A stretch of DNA of 64,000 nucleotides, taken from NCBI GenBank assembly GCA_035994985.1, contig DASYKZ010000013.1, positions 1,834 through 65,833 of the forward strand, given 5' to 3'. The position numbers and the translations under genes were made by a program. This DNA is from Minisyncoccota bacterium. GTDB taxonomy: Bacteria > Patescibacteriota > Minisyncoccia > Phycocordibacterales > UBA9973. The notes below the pieces were generated by a model. It saw only the letters and a program-made list of their open reading frames with translations, made no database searches and had not been told where the DNA came from. Shown here one piece after another: positions 1-9,683 of the stretch (its first letter is position 1; the number at the start of each line of letters is the position of its first letter).

Positions 1-485
1 CTGCGGTATTTAGAAAAAGCCCTAATTGTATTGTCTCTACTACAACAACGACCACAGACACCAACACATGGAGAACGTTTTCTGACACTGCGGAGAAAAT
101 CACATTTAAATATCCAGAATCGCTCGGAACTACCTATATAAACCCAGTCGACTGGCCGCCAAAGCTGGAAACAAAGAACGCCCCACTCACGTGTGTGGAG
201 GCAGGGCAGGAAACAGCCAGAGCAGGGCAGACTTCCAAACAAACCATAAACGGCAAGGCATATTGCATAACCAAAATTTCTGAAGGTGCAGCTGGCAGCA
301 CCTATACACAGTACGCTTACGCGACCCAGATACAAAACAAAACATTCTTCCTTACTTTTTCCCTGCGTTCCGTTCAATGTGCCAATTATGATAATCCGCA
401 AAAAACTGCCTGTGAAAAAGAGCGCGCTACATTCAGTATTGATTCTATAATAGATAAAATAGCCGGGACTATTGTGCAAGCGTAG
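1..485 (+). CDS. hypothetical protein, 5'-partial (frame open from window start to stop at 485)
   Basis: Frame 3 has no stop from nt 3 to 485; ORF track gives only the internal ATG at 195; followed by an intrinsic terminator. Confidence 0.4.
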   Translation, partial: AVFRKSPNCIVSTTTTTTDTNTWRTFSDTAEKITFKYPESLGTTYINPVDWPPKLETKNAPLTCVEAGQETARAGQTSKQTINGKAYCITKISEGAAGSTYTQYAYATQIQNKTFFLTFSLRSVQCANYDNPQKTACEKERATFSIDSIIDKIAGTIVQA

Positions 486-496
486 AAATTTAAAAT

Positions 497-530
497 AAAA
501 ACCACTCTTAATAAGAGTGGTTTTTATTTT
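497..530. terminator. bidirectional rho-independent terminator (ACCACTCTT-aat-AAGAGTGGT hairpin flanked by A-run and T-run)
   Basis: Perfect 9-bp stem 501-509/513-521, T-tract 521-530, A-tract upstream; sits between convergent genes. Confidence 0.6.
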
Positions 531-562
531 CTGGGTCGCGTCTATTTAATTTTCATGATTCA

Positions 563-1705
563 TTATTGGTTAGTTGTGTCAGATGGACCTACGACAATAA
601 TCTTCGTAGAAGAAGAAACTTTTAGACCCTTACTATTTTCTGCTGTGACAGTGGCAATATAGGTTCCAGCTTCATTGTAAATATGGCTAAAAGTTGATGT
701 CTGAACAAAGACAGGTTTTGTTTTTGCTATAAGCGCCATTCCGGTGATATTGTCTCCCCAATCCATAGAGTAAGAGAGAGAATCATTATTCGGGTCGTAA
801 GCATTTACAGTTACGGTTGCCTCTCTTCCGACGGTTACCTTGCTATCGCCGCTCAAGCTCGTGATTACGGGAGTTGTACTATTGCTAATTGCTGGAGTGG
901 TAAATGATGCCTCTTCTGAGATTGTTGCTCCACCTGTACTAGCAGAGCCTACAGTTACATAGTACTTTGTATCTGGCTTCAGGCCTGTCAAGATTACCTT
1001 ATGGTTTAGAACTTTTACAGGACGGGAAATATTCGGATTACCGGATGTATTTATCGGTGATGTCGTGCCGTACCAAACTGAACTTGAAGCAGCCACATCG
1101 GTCTTCCAGACTAGTGTTGCCTGACGGGATGACTTATCAGATGTTGCAGAGAAATCACTGATTATCGGTGCTGCGGGAGCAGGCTTGCCTGTGATGTGTA
1201 CCGTGGTACTAGAGCTTGTGCTTGCCCCGGTTTCATTTGTGACCGTGAACTTTACAGTATATGTGCCCGGGTTAGCATAGGCATGAGTAAACGTGCTTGT
1301 CTGTACAAAGATAGGTGTAGCTGTCTTTGCCAGCATATTTGAGTCATTTTCTCCCCAATTAACTGCATAACTTAGAGATCCGTTATGTGAATCCGAAGCT
1401 TTTACAGTCCATGTGCCCATTTGTCCGGTTTTAAGGACAGTCGGCGCAGTGATGCCGGAGATACTTAGTGAAGCTGGATATGTTTTCGTGGCGGCTTTTG
1501 CTCGGTTTCCAAACAAACCTCCGAATATTCTACTCCAGATAGAGTTGTTGGTTTTTACCTTTGTGCTGGCTTCTACTTTTGCTTTTCCTTGGTAGCCGTT
1601 ATTTCCATCATTGTTTGCGGAAGTAATGAGAGGAGTGGAAGCCAAAGCTACTATTAATAAGGAAACAGCGAGAGATAATTTTAGTTTTTTGTTGATTTTT
1701 TTCAT
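563..1705 (-). CDS. secreted protein with two PKD-like domains and a central Ig/Fn3-like domain
   Basis: N-terminal signal peptide (MKKINKKLKLSLAVSLLIVALASTPLITSA); repeated blocks 'SLSYxxxWGxN...TFxHxYxxxGTYxxTVT' typical of PKD domains. Confidence 0.6.
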   Translation of the reverse strand: MKKINKKLKLSLAVSLLIVALASTPLITSANNDGNNGYQGKAKVEASTKVKTNNSIWSRIFGGLFGNRAKAATKTYPASLSISGITAPTVLKTGQMGTWTVKASDSHNGSLSYAVNWGENDSNMLAKTATPIFVQTSTFTHAYANPGTYTVKFTVTNETGASTSSSTTVHITGKPAPAAPIISDFSATSDKSSRQATLVWKTDVAASSSVWYGTTSPINTSGNPNISRPVKVLNHKVILTGLKPDTKYYVTVGSASTGGATISEEASFTTPAISNSTTPVITSLSGDSKVTVGREATVTVNAYDPNNDSLSYSMDWGDNITGMALIAKTKPVFVQTSTFSHIYNEAGTYIATVTAENSKGLKVSSSTKIIVVGPSDTTNQ

Positions 1706-1911
1706 AATAATTTTTTATATTAAGTTAATAATGTATAAGTGTTATACTGATAATTTTATGTCTTAGGTATCCTTAAAATACTTAAGTACACGACCCTACA
1801 AGGGGGTAGACGTCTCAAGATAAGGCTTACTTACGTAGACATAGCGATTTTTATATTGTATTTTATATAATAGAGACATGTAAGGAATGTCTTTCTTGCA
1901 CGTCTCGTACT

Positions 1912-2454
1912 ATGCAATCAGATATCAAGCGCAAATTTGAAGAAATATATAGTGAGGAGTCAGACGCTATATTCAGGTTCTGCCTGACCCGGGTTTCAAA
2001 CCGGGAACAGGCATTGGATTTGGCCCAAGAGACTTTTTTGCGCCTGTGGACTAGCCTAATGGAAAAGAAGGATATATTGAATAATAAGGCATTTTTATTC
2101 ACTGTAGCCCGCCGCCTTATTATTGACTGGTATCGCAAGAAGAAGAGTGTTTCGCTAGAAAATATAATGTATAAAGACGGAGAAATGGAATATGAGCCGA
2201 TGGACGAGAAGACAGCGAAAGACTCTAATTTTGGTGCGGAAGGAAGATATCTTGTGGATAAAATCAATGAACTGCCGCCGACAGCGAGAGACCCGATATA
2301 CTTGTCTTTTGTAGAGGGCTTGTCGCCCAAGGAAATAGGTGATATTTTGGGCATATCAGCCAATGCGACATCAGTCCGGATTAATAGGGGTTTGTCGGAA
2401 CTGCGCAAGATTACAGGTTATGATATAAAAGAAAATAAAAATGAAACAGAATAA
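1912..2454 (+). CDS. RNA polymerase sigma-70 family, ECF subfamily sigma factor
   Basis: Region 2 (FLRLW...DWYRKK) and region 4 (LSPKEIGDILGISANATSVRINRGLSELR) motifs; 180 aa. Confidence 0.85.
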   Translation: MQSDIKRKFEEIYSEESDAIFRFCLTRVSNREQALDLAQETFLRLWTSLMEKKDILNNKAFLFTVARRLIIDWYRKKKSVSLENIMYKDGEMEYEPMDEKTAKDSNFGAEGRYLVDKINELPPTARDPIYLSFVEGLSPKEIGDILGISANATSVRINRGLSELRKITGYDIKENKNETE

Positions 2455-3439
2455 ATTACAAAAAGAAATAGAAGCTGGAATAGAAGAGGTCAGGCGGCTT
2501 AAAATGACTTCTCTTGAGAATGCGCGGGTGCTGGAAGGTATTTTAAGCTCTGAACCCCCGAGTGGGAAATCTATACAGAGTCCCTATGGATTTTATTCCT
2601 TCAGATTAATTTTTAATAAAAAGTATTTTATATATTCTGGCTCGGCTATCTGCCTAGTCGTTATTCTTTTTAGTGGAGCTATTTTTGCTTCTGCAGGGAG
2701 CCTGCCGGGAAGCATTTTATATCCCTTGAAGGTAAAAGTGGTAGAGCCTGCTCGGGGCGCTTTTATAACTTCTCCCATAGCCAAAGTAGAATATGAAAAT
2801 GACTTAGCCACCAAGCGATTGGTTGAAGCTGAGATTCTGGCTTATGATGGCAAACTGGATACGTCCACAGAAGAAGAAATAAACTCTCTTTTAGAAAATC
2901 ATACTGCGGCTTTTAATAAAGCTGTCGACACGTTCCGTAAAAGTGAATCCTTTGACCAGAGTGCAGATGACACTGTCGCTCTTAATTTCCAAGCTGCGAT
3001 GAATGCACATGCCCGGGTTCTTGAAGTTATAGGCGAGAACAAAAGTGATAAAAATAATGGAAGTGAAACTAGAGAAATTAAAATTTCAAAAACTGCGCGG
3101 GAGAACGCAAGCAAGATAGGGCTAAATTTAAAAGATAAAGAAGAACAAACATCCGAGAAATATAAAAAGAGAATTGTTGACGTGCAGGCTATTATTGATA
3201 AAACTTCCACAGATATCAATGATAGCAATGCTGATACATCGTCTTCCAAGCAAAGGATAATAGACGGCACCAATAAAACTCTTGACGAGGCCAGAAAATT
3301 GCTCAAAGAGTCAGACGAGGACAATAATAGCGGCGACTCAAAAGGCGCCTATCAAAAACTGCGCGACTCTGAAAGTTCCGTAAAAGAAACAAGCATTTTT
3401 CTTAAAGCCGGGCTGGAACTGAGAGGAAGAGGTATATAA
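2441..3439 (+). CDS. putative anti-sigma factor / membrane protein co-transcribed with ECF sigma (DUF5667-like)
   Basis: Start overlaps sigma gene by 14 nt; one TM helix (residues ~60-85) followed by long charged coiled/extended domain. Confidence 0.45.
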   Translation: MKQNKLQKEIEAGIEEVRRLKMTSLENARVLEGILSSEPPSGKSIQSPYGFYSFRLIFNKKYFIYSGSAICLVVILFSGAIFASAGSLPGSILYPLKVKVVEPARGAFITSPIAKVEYENDLATKRLVEAEILAYDGKLDTSTEEEINSLLENHTAAFNKAVDTFRKSESFDQSADDTVALNFQAAMNAHARVLEVIGENKSDKNNGSETREIKISKTARENASKIGLNLKDKEEQTSEKYKKRIVDVQAIIDKTSTDINDSNADTSSSKQRIIDGTNKTLDEARKLLKESDEDNNSGDSKGAYQKLRDSESSVKETSIFLKAGLELRGRGI

Positions 3440-3472
3440 AATTTATACATATTTTGTGTTATAATATAAATT

Positions 3473-5215
3473 ATGCAAATTTTTTATCATTATTTGAAAA
3501 AATACTGGAAGCTTTGCGCGCTTGTACTTGTTCTTGCGCTGATTAACCAGTTCTTCTCTTTGCTTGAGCCATATATCACCCAACTAATTATCGACAGGTA
3601 CGCCACTCATTTTACTTCGCTTACCAAATCTCAATTTTTAAACGGTGTCGGGCTGCTTATCCTCGCTTTTATTGGCACTGCTCTCATTTCGCGGATCGCG
3701 AAGAACTTTCAGGACTACTATTTAAATACCATCAGCCAGCGTTCTGGCGCAGACATGTATCGGGAGGGCGTAAAACATTCGCTTGCTCTTCCATACGGTA
3801 TTTTTGAAGATGAGCGAAGCGGGGAAACGCTGGGCAAGCTCCAGAAGGCAAGACAAGACACAGAAGCACTCATGGTGGCTATCGTAAATACTGTTTTCAT
3901 CTCTCTTGTCATTTTTATCTTCATCGCTATTTATTCTGCGACGATTTATTGGGCAATTCCGATTGTATTCTTCGCAATGGTGTTTATTATCGGCGGCGTC
4001 AGCCTGCTTATGTCCAAACGAATCAAGAGTATCCAAAACGTAATTGTAGCCGAGACGACAGCGCTCGCTGGCTCAACGACTGAATCGCTTCGCAATATCG
4101 AACTAGTGAAATCTCTCGGTTTGACCGGCCAAGAAGTGGAACGCTTAAATACTACAACAAAAAAAATTCTTAAGCTGGAATTAAAAAAGCTCCGCTATCT
4201 TCGCAGCCTGGACTTCGTACAAGGGACGATTACTAATGCCATACGCGCAGGCATGATTTTCTTTCTTTTATACCTGATTTACAATAGGACTATTACCATC
4301 GGCCAATATTTCTCGCTTAATATTTATTCCTTCTTCTTATTCTTTCCGTTGCAACAAGTTGCGCCTTTTATTTCAATGTACCGCCAGGCTGAGGCTTCGC
4401 TTGCCAATTACAGCAAACTCATGGAAATGCCACCGGAGCCAACGCCAGCTACGCCGAACCCAATTGGCGAAGTGAAAAACCTTGAATTCAAGAATGTTTC
4501 TTTTGGCTATAAATCCACAAATGAAAACGCCCTTTCTAATATTTTTTATAAAATCTCGCGCGGCAACACGATTGCCTTCGTCGGCCCATCCGGTTCTGGC
4601 AAGACATCCTTGGTAAAGTTATTAGTAGGACTGTATGTGCCGACCGAAGGGGAAATATATTTCAACGGTTTTCCATTTGAATCTATTGACAAAGAAGAGC
4701 TCCGCCGGCAAATCGGCTTCGTGACGCAAGACACGCAGCTTTTTGCGGGTACCATACGAGAGAACCTACTTTTCGTAAAGCCGGACGCGACAGACCCCGA
4801 GTGCCTAGATGCCTTGAATAAAGCGCAATGCCAAAACTTACTGGAGAGGGGAGGCAAGGGGCTCGATACTGTTATCGGCGAGGGGGGAGTAAAAGTTTCC
4901 GGCGGGGAAAAGCAGAGGCTCTCCATTGCCCGCGCGCTTCTGCGCCAGCCGTCAATTTTGATATTTGATGAAGCGACGTCGTCCCTCGATTCTTTGACCG
5001 AAGAAGAAATCACCAAAACCATCCGCGACGTGTCTACAGGCCATTCGCGCATTACTATACTCATCGCCCACAGGCTCTCGACGATTATGCACGCAGACAC
5101 TATTTATGTACTTGAAAAAGGCAAAATGACTGAATCAGGTTCGCACGCGGAACTTCTCGGCAAACAAGGGCTGTATTCAGCAATGTGGAGGCAGCAAATA
5201 GGCGAAAGAGCGTAA
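3473..5215 (+). CDS. ABC transporter, fused permease/ATP-binding protein (type I exporter, MsbA-like)
   Basis: 6 N-terminal TM helices; Walker A GPSGSGKTS, signature VSGGEKQRLSIARAL, Walker B ILIFDEATSSLD. Confidence 0.9.
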   Translation: MQIFYHYLKKYWKLCALVLVLALINQFFSLLEPYITQLIIDRYATHFTSLTKSQFLNGVGLLILAFIGTALISRIAKNFQDYYLNTISQRSGADMYREGVKHSLALPYGIFEDERSGETLGKLQKARQDTEALMVAIVNTVFISLVIFIFIAIYSATIYWAIPIVFFAMVFIIGGVSLLMSKRIKSIQNVIVAETTALAGSTTESLRNIELVKSLGLTGQEVERLNTTTKKILKLELKKLRYLRSLDFVQGTITNAIRAGMIFFLLYLIYNRTITIGQYFSLNIYSFFLFFPLQQVAPFISMYRQAEASLANYSKLMEMPPEPTPATPNPIGEVKNLEFKNVSFGYKSTNENALSNIFYKISRGNTIAFVGPSGSGKTSLVKLLVGLYVPTEGEIYFNGFPFESIDKEELRRQIGFVTQDTQLFAGTIRENLLFVKPDATDPECLDALNKAQCQNLLERGGKGLDTVIGEGGVKVSGGEKQRLSIARALLRQPSILIFDEATSSLDSLTEEEITKTIRDVSTGHSRITILIAHRLSTIMHADTIYVLEKGKMTESGSHAELLGKQGLYSAMWRQQIGERA

Positions 5216-5273
5216 GCAGGCGCAAAATAGCTTAAAAAAATTCTGAAAAAGTGTTACACCCTGTAATAGAGTT

Positions 5274-5301
5274 TTGCAAAAACTTCACTACGGGGTACAA
5301 T
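5274..5301 (+). promoter_or_regulatory. sigma70-like promoter TTGCAA-N16-TACAAT placed 7 nt upstream of ATG 5309 (leaderless configuration)
   Basis: TTGCAA 5274-5279, TACAAT 5296-5301. Confidence 0.45.
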
Positions 5302-5308
5302 AGAGTCA

Positions 5309-6508
5309 ATGTTAAAGGAGGGACAACTAAGGGTGACATACGGGGGCTGGTACCAGCGGACGACGCTTCATTTGAGTGAAGTGCATTTTTTGTTTATGGG
5401 CGGCGAGTCAAAATTAAATTTATCAAAGGAAAAACTGAAAAAACTTCACAAAAGCCTTCATCTTGTAAAAGTTTCCAGAGAGCCGGGATATTTTGAATAC
5501 GTAAGGGCGGTTACTGAGTCCGGCATTGAAATCCGCTACTATGAAGACGGCCTGTATACGCTCGAGATTATTACTGATAATGCGGAAGACATAGACAAGA
5601 CACATCAAACCCTGGAAGATTATTTCCAAACCAGGTTACAGCCTGCTTTATCTTATATTTTCTCCCGCGGTGCGCCGACGCCAAAACAGCTTGCTAACAT
5701 CAAGACGGTTCATCCGGTAGTGGTAAGTTTTCGAGAGAAAGAAAATAGCAAAGAGGGTAATACTTTTAAGGTTGATGAATCAATTTTTGGAGAAGTGTAT
5801 TCTAAAATCACCAGCAACAATCTTACTGTATACAAAACCCCGAAGTATATTTTTATATCTGCTTCCACTGGCTCTACTAAATCCTTAGTAGATTTAATCG
5901 GTATGCAAATTTTCTTCCGTGAATTCAAAGACCAACTGGAAAAATATTTACATATCCACCGTACCATCTGGGAAGAAATCTCTACTATCAAAGAAGCGAA
6001 AGTGATTAAGGGCAAAGACGTGGAGACTCTCCGCGGAAAGCTCGATACGTATCAGAAGACCATCAATCTCATCAGCAACAGAATCAATCAGATGGGTTCA
6101 TATGTGAGTACTCGTTCAAGCATCGCGAAACATTTGGAAATTGAAAAAGATCTCGTGCAGCTTTTCGAATATAAATTTGAGACTCTTACAGATACGCTGA
6201 CCTATATAAAAGAAATATGGAAAATGACCGGAGACTATCTTGCATCGGCTATTGCCAATATGGTGGAAATAAAAAATCAGAGTACAAGCAACAATTTGAA
6301 ATCTCTCCAGACTATTACCAGTATCGGAGTCATTTCCGGAGTGCTTGGCTACTTGTCAGCCAGCAAGCTGCCCTCCATAAGCTTTTCTGGGCTTATATAT
6401 TTTATAATCCTGTTCGGCATGACCTGGCTCATGAATTATGTTATAATCAGAAAATACAAGAACAAGGAATATAGCTTGAAATTTGGCGAACGGGCTAAAA
6501 ATCTCTAA
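5309..6508 (+). CDS. hypothetical membrane protein (large cytoplasmic N-domain + two C-terminal TM helices; CorA-like topology, GMN motif degenerate to GMT)
   Basis: C-terminal ...IGVISGVLGYL...IILFGMTWLMNYVIIRKYKNKEY; alternative SD-led GTG start at 5332. Confidence 0.4.
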   Translation: MLKEGQLRVTYGGWYQRTTLHLSEVHFLFMGGESKLNLSKEKLKKLHKSLHLVKVSREPGYFEYVRAVTESGIEIRYYEDGLYTLEIITDNAEDIDKTHQTLEDYFQTRLQPALSYIFSRGAPTPKQLANIKTVHPVVVSFREKENSKEGNTFKVDESIFGEVYSKITSNNLTVYKTPKYIFISASTGSTKSLVDLIGMQIFFREFKDQLEKYLHIHRTIWEEISTIKEAKVIKGKDVETLRGKLDTYQKTINLISNRINQMGSYVSTRSSIAKHLEIEKDLVQLFEYKFETLTDTLTYIKEIWKMTGDYLASAIANMVEIKNQSTSNNLKSLQTITSIGVISGVLGYLSASKLPSISFSGLIYFIILFGMTWLMNYVIIRKYKNKEYSLKFGERAKNL

Positions 6509-6527
6509 ATAAATCAGAAGTACCAGA

Positions 6528-7697
6528 GTGAAACAAAAGACAATACATGCGCTAAAAAATATATTTGTAATTAGCCATTTTGGCTTTTTTTCTGTATTCT
6601 TCGTTTTACTGGTAATTGTATTTTTTACTTTTCCGGAAATTTTCACGGGGGCTGTATCCACGACCAATCAAGGAGCCATGAATAAGGGAGACCAAAAGAA
6701 GGAGGAAAGGGTTAAAATAGCCGATATACAGCCCCTAGATAAAGCCGCCTATGATAAAAAAATGCTGGAACTGGCCAACAATCCGGTTCCTAAAGGTCCA
6801 ACCACAAAAATTGTTAAAGACAAAAAGACCGGAGTAGAAACTGTCGTGACTCTGCCTGCTCCTGTTGCAGCCCCGGTTATCTGGCCGGCAAAAACTGTGT
6901 ACCCGAACGACGGGGCTCTCTTGCCGTTCAACCGCATAATTGCTTACTACGGAAACTTGTATTCCACAAAAATGGGAGTGCTGGGTCAATACCCTGAGGC
7001 TGAAATGCTGCAAAGGCTGGATAAAGAAGTAAAAAAATGGGAACTCGCAGACCCAAGCACTCCCGTCATCCCCGCGCTTCACTACATCGCCGTGGTCGCG
7101 CAGGGGAGCGAAGGGAAAGACGGAAAGTACAGAGCGCGCATGCCGGGCACGGAAATAGACAAAGTTCTTGCCATGGCGGCAAAAATAAATGCAATTGTTT
7201 TTCTGGATATTCAAGTCGGCTTTTCAAACGTGCAGAGTGAAGTTCCCCTGCTGGAAAAATATTTAAAGCTTCCAAACGTGCACTTAGGCCTTGACCCGGA
7301 ATTTTCCATGAAGAGCGGCATCAGGCCGGGGAAGATTGTCGGCACCATGGATGCCAGTGATGTAAACTTTGCCGCAAATTTTTTGGCGAAAGTTGTGAAG
7401 GAAAACAATCTTCCTCCTAAAATTCTTATCGTTCACCGCTATACCGGAAAGATGGTGACAAATTATAAAGAAATCAAGCCATTGCCGGAAGTGCAGATTG
7501 TAATAAATATGGATGGCTGGGGCGGGGGAGCGAAAAAAATCGGCACGTACAAGAACTTTATATATCCCCAGCCGGTTCAATTTACAGGTTTTAAATTGTT
7601 TTACAAAAACGATATTTTAACCCCAGGAACTGCAATGCTGACCCCGAAAGAAGTTTTAGGCTTAAACCCAAGGCCTATTTATATACAGTATCAGTAA
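6528..7697 (+). CDS. hypothetical membrane-anchored protein (possible TIM-barrel glycoside-hydrolase-like fold)
   Basis: N-terminal TM helix, GTG start; no recognisable catalytic signature. Confidence 0.35.
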   Translation: MKQKTIHALKNIFVISHFGFFSVFFVLLVIVFFTFPEIFTGAVSTTNQGAMNKGDQKKEERVKIADIQPLDKAAYDKKMLELANNPVPKGPTTKIVKDKKTGVETVVTLPAPVAAPVIWPAKTVYPNDGALLPFNRIIAYYGNLYSTKMGVLGQYPEAEMLQRLDKEVKKWELADPSTPVIPALHYIAVVAQGSEGKDGKYRARMPGTEIDKVLAMAAKINAIVFLDIQVGFSNVQSEVPLLEKYLKLPNVHLGLDPEFSMKSGIRPGKIVGTMDASDVNFAANFLAKVVKENNLPPKILIVHRYTGKMVTNYKEIKPLPEVQIVINMDGWGGGAKKIGTYKNFIYPQPVQFTGFKLFYKNDILTPGTAMLTPKEVLGLNPRPIYIQYQ

Positions 7698-7775
7698 TAT
7701 CCACAGTACTCTATGCTTGTTTTATGGTATAATAAGCAGGTTAGTTAGGAATTATTAGTCTAATATAAAAATAAT

Positions 7776-8258
7776 ATGAATAAAACAGTTATAAGCATCA
7801 TTGTTTTAGTTTTAGTAATCGGAGGATTGTTTTTTGTTTTAAAAAGCAAGAAATCAGAAGCGCCTGTAGTAGATGAAAATCAAGTTGGTACCACTACCGA
7901 TGCCGAGGGGAACATTATTCCTATAAGTACAGTCACTACAACGACCACTACGGAGCAAACCACTACCATAGATGAGGGAGTGAAAGAATTCACAGTGACA
8001 GGCAAGAATTTTTCTTTTAGCCCGTCCACTATCACGGTAAACAAGGGAGATAAAGTAAAAATAACGTTTAAGAACACAGAAGGGATGCATAATTTCATCA
8101 TTGATGAGTTTGGCGCTGCTACCAAGACATCTCAGTCTCCGGATACAGAAGTCATAGAATTTACCGCAACCAAGACAGGGAGCTTTGAATACTACTGCTC
8201 TGTCGGTAATCACCGGGCGATGGGCATGAAGGGAAGTCTCGTAGTTAAATCCCAGTAG
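7776..8258 (+). CDS. cupredoxin (plastocyanin/amicyanin-like blue copper protein), membrane anchored
   Basis: Type-1 copper ligand pattern H(MHNF)...C-x3-H-x2-M (YYCSVGNHRAMGM); N-terminal TM anchor. Confidence 0.7.
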   Translation: MNKTVISIIVLVLVIGGLFFVLKSKKSEAPVVDENQVGTTTDAEGNIIPISTVTTTTTTEQTTTIDEGVKEFTVTGKNFSFSPSTITVNKGDKVKITFKNTEGMHNFIIDEFGAATKTSQSPDTEVIEFTATKTGSFEYYCSVGNHRAMGMKGSLVVKSQ

Positions 8259-8298
8259 TAGAGCAGAGCTCACTACGGGACAAGTAAGCAAAAACAAA

Positions 8299-8670
8299 AT
8301 GAAAGAAAAAAGAAGTTTTTCTATTCGGGCCCGCATCCAAAGCTCCACTCATGCGTGGCGGGGGCTTGGTGTTTTGCTTAAAACCAGCCACAATATGTGG
8401 GCGGGGATAGTTACTGCGTTGCTTGCCGTATACTTAGGCTTCATTTTAAATATCTCCGCCACAGAGTGGCTGTTCTTGATATTCTCTATTTTCCTGGTGT
8501 TTGTGACCGAAGCCCTGAACTCAGCCATAGAAATAGATATAGACCTCACCTCGCCGGAAACTCATCCCTATGCGCGCGACACCAAGGACGTAGCCGCAGC
8601 GGCAGTATTATTGACCACTCTGCTCTCACTTATAGTGGCGTTCATAATTTTCTTGCCAAAGATTCTGTAA
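8299..8670 (+). CDS. dgkA: diacylglycerol kinase / undecaprenol kinase family (DgkA)
   Basis: 123 aa, 3 TM, conserved E-x-x-N-S-A-I-E motif (TEALNSAIEID). Confidence 0.7.
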   Translation: MKEKRSFSIRARIQSSTHAWRGLGVLLKTSHNMWAGIVTALLAVYLGFILNISATEWLFLIFSIFLVFVTEALNSAIEIDIDLTSPETHPYARDTKDVAAAAVLLTTLLSLIVAFIIFLPKIL

Positions 8671-8687
8671 ATTGATAAAATTAAGCT

Positions 8688-9131
8688 ATGAATAACAATG
8701 CAAAAATCTTTTTGGGAGTAATAGGTATTTTAATTTTAGGCACGATTGCGACTGTAATTTTGCGCGGCGGTGCAACCGCGCCGGCAGGGCCGGGGAAATA
8801 CGATGAATTCGCGACTTGCCTAAAAGACAAAGGCGCGGTATTTTACGGGGCTTTCTGGTGTCCGCATTGCCAGGCTGAAAAGAAGCTCTTTGGCTCTTCA
8901 GTAAAGCTTTTGCCGTACGTAGAGTGTTCTACAGCTGATGCAAGCGGACAGACGCAAATCTGCATAGATAAAGGCGTAAAGAGCTATCCTACATGGGAAT
9001 TTGCCGATATGTCCCGTCTTACCGGAGAAATTCCATTGCAACAACTGGCAGATAAAACTTCCTGCGTCCTTCCGGGCGGCGAAGCAGCTCCCGCACCCGT
9101 AGAATCAGGAGCAAGCACTACCGTACAATAA
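8688..9131 (+). CDS. thioredoxin-like (DsbA/BdbD-like) protein with CxxC (WCPHC), membrane anchored
   Basis: N-terminal TM; CPHC active-site motif. Confidence 0.6.
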   Translation: MNNNAKIFLGVIGILILGTIATVILRGGATAPAGPGKYDEFATCLKDKGAVFYGAFWCPHCQAEKKLFGSSVKLLPYVECSTADASGQTQICIDKGVKSYPTWEFADMSRLTGEIPLQQLADKTSCVLPGGEAAPAPVESGASTTVQ

Positions 9132-9139
9132 ATAAAATT

Positions 9140-9682
9140 ATGAGTTTTGAAAATGTCCACTATGTAAATATGTTTCTTGGGCTTGGCGCTATTCTGCTCC
9201 AGATACTTTCCGTACTTGTCCTCTTAATGCTGGTGTTTTGGCGGAAAGGAAATCCAATTCTCCGATTCATAAAAAATAATTTTCTCCCAATCGGTTTTCT
9301 GATTACCTTTGGAGCTGTGCTCACTTCTTTCTTTTACTCTGATATTATGGGCTACGTGCCGTGCATTTATTGCTGGTGGGACAGGGTGCTTATTTTCCCG
9401 CAAGCTGCCATCTTCGGTATTGCGTGGCTGAGGAAGGATAGAAATGCTTTTTGGTACTCTCTTGTGTTGACAGTCTTTGGCCTATACAAATCTCTGCAGC
9501 ACCTCCGTCTATATTATTACGGCGAAGGAGGCGCTCCTTGCGACGCTTCCGGTGTTTCCTGCGTGCAGAGGCTGGTAAGTGAGTTTGGCGGATATATTTC
9601 CATCCCCATGCTTGCCTTTACGGGATTTTTCGCCCTCGCAACTCTTTTATTAGTGGTTCATTTTTACAAAAAAGAAAATTAA
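9140..9682 (+). CDS. disulfide bond formation protein B-like (DsbB/BdbC family)
   Basis: 4 TM helices; first loop CIYC pair, second loop C-x6-C pair (CDASGVSC). Confidence 0.6.
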   Translation: MSFENVHYVNMFLGLGAILLQILSVLVLLMLVFWRKGNPILRFIKNNFLPIGFLITFGAVLTSFFYSDIMGYVPCIYCWWDRVLIFPQAAIFGIAWLRKDRNAFWYSLVLTVFGLYKSLQHLRLYYYGEGGAPCDASGVSCVQRLVSEFGGYISIPMLAFTGFFALATLLLVVHFYKKEN

Positions 9683-9683
9683 T

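Noticed and set aside
4546-5100. 184-aa minus-strand ORF inside the ABC transporter gene (and similar antisense ORFs 3718-4036, 14381-15322, 15711-16341, 20003-21623, 21746-23101, 45122-46720, 55210-56268, 58304-59971)
   Set aside because: Fully overlapped by well-supported genes on the opposite strand; low-complexity translations; typical shadow ORFs.
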